A DNA stretch of 62,286 nt, the filler included, from Actinomycetota bacterium (GTDB taxonomy: Bacteria; Actinomycetota; CADDZG01; JAHWKV01; JAOPZY01), in the NCBI GenBank assembly GCA_025963875.1. It is 5 parts of 5 records of this genome, joined end to end, with 100 filler letters (N's around TTAATTAATTAA, not from the genome) between each part and the next. Parts side by side here need not be neighbours in the genome. Positions count along the whole stretch, not along the records: positions 48,900 to 59,311 come from JAOPZY010000272.1; positions 59,412 to 62,286 come from JAOPZY010000112.1; 3 more parts are not named here. One strand, 5' to 3'. This document shows, one piece after another, positions 59,043 to 62,286 of the stretch. A model generated the notes under the pieces. That model made no database searches, was not told the DNA's origin, and saw only the letters and a list, made by a program, of their open reading frames with translations. Position 1 is the first letter of the stretch. Each line of letters starts with the position of its first letter. Both the position numbers and the translations under genes were made by a program.

Positions 59043-59311
59043 TCAGCCGAGGGCCTTGATGGCGCCGATCGCGATGCTCGCCGCCGCCACGGCCCCCTGC
59101 AGGGCGCCGCGCGCCGTCTCGACCGAGGCCCGGGCGGCGGCGAGCGTCGGGCGGTTGCCAGGGAAGCCGGCCGCGTTGAGCGGGAGCACCGCGGCGGGAA
59201 CACCTTCCACCGCCTTGGTGGCGGCATCTGCCTTCAGTCCCAGGTCGGTGACGTACCCCTGCGCCGAGGCGATGTCCTTGCCCCGGGCCTTTGCGGCGTC
59301 CACGCTCGCCT
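59043..59311 (-). CDS. Ala-rich hypothetical protein (5' truncated)
   Basis: Open frame from the contig end with GC-biased codons. Confidence 0.6.
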
Positions 59312-59411
59312 NNNNNNNNNNNNNNNNNNNNNNNNNNNNNNNNNNNNNNNNNNNNTTAATTAATTAANNNNNNNNNNNNNNNNNNNNNNNNNNNNNNNNN
59401 NNNNNNNNNNN
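59312..59411. other. artificial contig linker
   Basis: N runs around TTAATTAATTAA. Confidence 0.99.
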
Positions 59412-59630
59412 AAGGCCCTGTGGCTGCTGTTCGGATTCTTTGGATCCATTGCTCTCCTGGTCGTCGGCGCCGTCCTGATCTACGGATTCGGAGCGGGCTA
59501 CTTCTACCGCCTCCACCTTTGGGTCCCCACTCCCCTGAACTTCGCACTTACCCCCGTTCTGCTCGCGGGCCTCATCTGGGCAGTCGTCCGCTTTTTCCTT
59601 TGCAGCCTGCGTCGGGCCCGAAGCGTCTGA
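59412..59630 (+). CDS. membrane protein C-terminus (5' truncated)
   Basis: Manual translation KALWLLFGFFGSIALLVVGAVLIYGFG...VLLAGLIWAVVRFFLCSLRRARSV*. Confidence 0.55.
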   Translation, partial: KALWLLFGFFGSIALLVVGAVLIYGFGAGYFYRLHLWVPTPLNFALTPVLLAGLIWAVVRFFLCSLRRARSV

Positions 59631-59667
59631 GGCCGTAGCAGCCGGGCCGCTGCACCGACCCTCGCGA

Positions 59668-60336
59668 TCAGGTCGTGTTGCGGGCCCTCTCGAGGCCGTC
59701 GAGGATCAGGTCGAGCCCGAACTCGAACTCGTTGCCGTAGTCGTAGCCGGGCTGGAGGACGTGCTCCACGGTCAGCTCGGTGAGGTGGGGATACTCGTCG
59801 GCGGGGAACTGGTTGAAGATCATCTCGGCCACCTCGGCCGTCTCCGCCGCGGTGTCGAATGGCAGGCTCGCCTCTTGCAGCGCGAAGCCGTAGATGTAGC
59901 TGTCGAGGGCCGAGTACGCGTGCGCGGCCATCTCGATCGAGAAGCCTGCATGCCGAAGGCTTCCGATGACGGCGTCGTGGTGTCGCAGCGTTGCGGGGCC
60001 GGGTGACGCCCGCGACTCCATCAGACCGATCGCCCACCGATGGCGCAACAGGGCCTGGCGGGCGGAGACCGCGCGCTGGCGCATCGCCGTCTTCCAGCCG
60101 GCTCCGCCCAAGGGCAGGTCGATCTCGCTGAAGACGAGGTCGACCATCCCGTCGAGGAGCTCGCTCTTGTTGGCCACGTGGTTGTACAGCGACATCGCCT
60201 CGACCCCGAGGGCGTCGCCGAGCTTGCGCATGGAAAGCGACGCGATCCCGCCCTGGTCGGCGAAAGCGACGGCCGAGCGCAGCACCCGTTCACGGCTGAG
60301 GGGGATCCGGGGCTTGGTCGGCGGGGCCATCTCCAT
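59668..60336 (-). CDS. TetR family regulator (TetR_C type)
   Basis: LSRERVL...[23 protein letters not shown] and [12 protein letters not shown]. Confidence 0.95.
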   Translation of the reverse strand: MEMAPPTKPRIPLSRERVLRSAVAFADQGGIASLSMRKLGDALGVEAMSLYNHVANKSELLDGMVDLVFSEIDLPLGGAGWKTAMRQRAVSARQALLRHRWAIGLMESRASPGPATLRHHDAVIGSLRHAGFSIEMAAHAYSALDSYIYGFALQEASLPFDTAAETAEVAEMIFNQFPADEYPHLTELTVEHVLQPGYDYGNEFEFGLDLILDGLERARNTT

Positions 60337-60353
60337 CCTTTCCGATCGCTTGC

Positions 60354-60398
60354 TTGACAACCTTACATCGTAAGTCTACTCTCTACTTACGACGTAAG
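60354..60398 (+). promoter_or_regulatory. sigma70 promoter with two TetR operators
   Basis: TTGACA(60354)-17 nt-TACTCT(60377); palindromes CTTAC-ATC-GTAAG (60362) and CTTAC-GAC-GTAAG (60386). Confidence 0.85.
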
Positions 60399-60423
60399 CC
60401 AAGACGATAAAAGAGGAGAGACA

Positions 60424-61449
60424 ATGAGAGCAGCGACCGAGCCGATGCCCGCCACCGCCGGCGTGGAGACGATGAAGGCGATCGTCCAGGACGAATACGG
60501 CAGCGCACCCGAAGGCGTGCTCCGACTCGCCGAGGTCGCCAGGCCCACGATCGGGGACGACGAGATCCTCGTGCATGTGCGTGCGGCCAGCGTGGATCGG
60601 GGCACGTGGCATCTGATGGCCGGCCTCCCCTACCCGATGCGCGTCATGGGCTTCGGGTTCCGCCGGCCCAAGGCCGCCAATCCGGGCCGAAGCGTGGCGG
60701 GAACGGTCGAGTCCGTCGGCAAGAACGTGAACGAGTTCAAGCCAGGCGATGAGGTCTACGGCACGTGCGACGGCTCCTTCGCCGAGTACGCCCGTGCCCG
60801 AGCGGGACTCCTCGCCCCCAAGCCGGCGAACCTCTCGTTCGAGCAGGCGGCAGCCGTCCCCGTTTCTGGGCTCGCCGCGCTGCAGGCCGTGCGTGACAAG
60901 GCACAGGTGCAGACCGGCGAGAAGGTGCTGATCGTGGGCGCGTCGGGAGGGGTCGGCACGTTCGCCGTCCAGATCGCCAAGGCGTTCGGCGCCGAGGTCA
61001 CCGGCGTGTGCAGTACCGGGAAGACGGATCTGGTCCGAGCCCTCGGCGCAGACCACGTGATCGACTACACGATCGAGGACTTCGCCGACGGCGAGCACCG
61101 CTACGACGCGATCCTCGACATCGGAGGCAACCGCCCGCTGTCGCAGCTCCGTCGAGCCCTCACTCCCCGCGGAAGGCTCGTCATCGTCGGGGGCGAGACC
61201 GATGGACGTTGGCTCGGCGGCGCCGACCGCCTGCTCCGGGCGCCGCTGCTGTCGCCGCTCGTGAGCCAGAAGCTGGGGACCCTCACGACGTCGGAGAACT
61301 CCGAGGACCTGAGGGTTCTCCGGGAACTCCTCGAAGCGGGAAAGATAGCACCGGCCATCGACCGGACGTACCCGCTGAGCGAGGTCCCGGTGGCCATCCG
61401 CCACATGCAGGAAGGTCATGCACGAGGCAAGGTCGTCATCGCCGTGTGA
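60424..61449 (+). CDS. NAD(P)-dependent MDR/Qor-like oxidoreductase
   Basis: MKAIVQDEYG, GDEVYG, GASGGVGTFAVQIAK, LGADHVIDY and GKVVI. Confidence 0.92.
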   Translation: MRAATEPMPATAGVETMKAIVQDEYGSAPEGVLRLAEVARPTIGDDEILVHVRAASVDRGTWHLMAGLPYPMRVMGFGFRRPKAANPGRSVAGTVESVGKNVNEFKPGDEVYGTCDGSFAEYARARAGLLAPKPANLSFEQAAAVPVSGLAALQAVRDKAQVQTGEKVLIVGASGGVGTFAVQIAKAFGAEVTGVCSTGKTDLVRALGADHVIDYTIEDFADGEHRYDAILDIGGNRPLSQLRRALTPRGRLVIVGGETDGRWLGGADRLLRAPLLSPLVSQKLGTLTTSENSEDLRVLRELLEAGKIAPAIDRTYPLSEVPVAIRHMQEGHARGKVVIAV

Positions 61450-61473
61450 GGCGCTGCCCCGAGCCCGGAAGGG

Positions 61474-62286
61474 CTACGCCAGGTTGGGCGTGTGCCGGGC
61501 AATGATCGCCTGGAGGCCGGCGCTGCCCGGGAGGGTGCCGAAGGCCATGCCTCCCTCTCCGCCGAGGCGGGAGGCGCAAAATGCGTCGCTCACCGCAGCC
61601 GGGGCGTAGCGGGCGAGCAAGGCCCCCTGAAGCACCAGTGCCATGCGCTCCGCCACGCGCCGGGCCTGCGTCGCCACCTCCCCCGAGGAGGGCCTCAAGG
61701 TACGGCGCAGGTCGGCCGCGGCGGCGTCGAGCCGGCGGTCGGCCCCCTGGGCGAGCTGGACCTCGTCGAAAAAAGACGAAGCCGTCTCGGGCTCCCGGGA
61801 CAGCGCCCGCAGGACGTCGAGCGCGTTGACGTTGCCGGAGCCTTCCCAGATGGAGTTCAGCGGAGCCTCCCGGTACAACCTTGGGGCGATCGACTCTTCG
61901 ACGTACCCGTTGCCGCCGAGGCACTCGAGGGCCTCGGCCGTGGTCGCTGGGCCCCGCTTGCACACCCAGTACTTGCCGACTGCCGTGCCGATCCGGCGGA
62001 TCCGCGCCTCGTGCTCGTCGCCGTCGGCGCGGTCGCAGGCGCCGGCGAGGCGCAGCGCCAGGGCGGTCGCCGCCTCGGACTCGAGGGCCAGGTCGGCCAG
62101 GACGTTCTGCATCAGCGGCTGGTCCACCAGCCGCCGGCCGAAAGCGCAGCGGTTGGCGGCGTGGTGGGTCGCCTGGGCGACTGCCTGCCGCATGAGCGCG
62201 GCGGTCCCGATCACACAATCCAGCCGGGTGGAGTTGACCATCTCGAGGATCGTCTGAATGCCGCGGCCCTCCTCGCCCAGCATCCA
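61474..62286 (-). CDS. AidB-like acyl-CoA dehydrogenase (5' end off window)
   Basis: GEEGRG...MVNSTRLDC, QPLMQNVLADLALESE, KYWVCKR, ECLGGNGYVE and REAPLNSIWEGSGNV. Confidence 0.9.
   Translation of the reverse strand, partial: WMLGEEGRGIQTILEMVNSTRLDCVIGTAALMRQAVAQATHHAANRCAFGRRLVDQPLMQNVLADLALESEAATALALRLAGACDRADGDEHEARIRRIGTAVGKYWVCKRGPATTAEALECLGGNGYVEESIAPRLYREAPLNSIWEGSGNVNALDVLRALSREPETASSFFDEVQLAQGADRRLDAAAADLRRTLRPSSGEVATQARRVAERMALVLQGALLARYAPAAVSDAFCASRLGGEGGMAFGTLPGSAGLQAIIARHTPNLA

Overview
This is high-GC Actinomycetota-like DNA. The window is not one locus: five contigs (1-15481, 15582-34238, 34339-48799, 48900-59311, 59412-62286) are joined by artificial 100-nt N/TTAATTAATTAA linkers, so adjacency across linkers is meaningless. 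Contig 1 is the conserved housekeeping string HIT-aspS-rarA-alaS-ruvX-mltG-aroE-pilD-aroC-aroK-aroB-aroQ on the minus strand. It is interrupted by an opposite-strand, hairpin-flanked, frameshifted AbiEi/DUF559-type gene. Contig 2 is an accessory region full of decaying elements: IS630 fragments, a sortase-type surface-protein gene between IS630-like ends, vapBC, an ATP-dependent ligase plus alkA, and an FAD oxidoreductase and a LAL-type LuxR regulator each followed by the same structured ~140-bp repeat. It also holds a DMATS-type aromatic prenyltransferase with an idi pseudogene, and a SARP/DUF1059/rhodanese/SDR module. Contig 3 carries kdpFABCDE with an extra upstream membrane peptide, a GH63-like glucosidase plus ppgK, and glycosyltransferases. 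Contig 4 carries PadR-MDMPI/SCP2-PIG-L, a CocE-hydrolase/ABC-ATPase fusion with permease, folE plus a RibD-like reductase, and an M15 peptidase. Contig 5 carries TetR/MDR dehydrogenase and an AidB-like gene. The best candidates for undescribed biology are: (i) the ~140-bp structured repeat placed directly after stop codons, (ii) a family of stem-bulge-stem palindromes linked to AbiEi/DUF559 genes, (iii) the IS630-bounded passenger gene, and (iv) the orphan DMATS-idi unit. All product calls come from motif recognition by eye; no searches were run.
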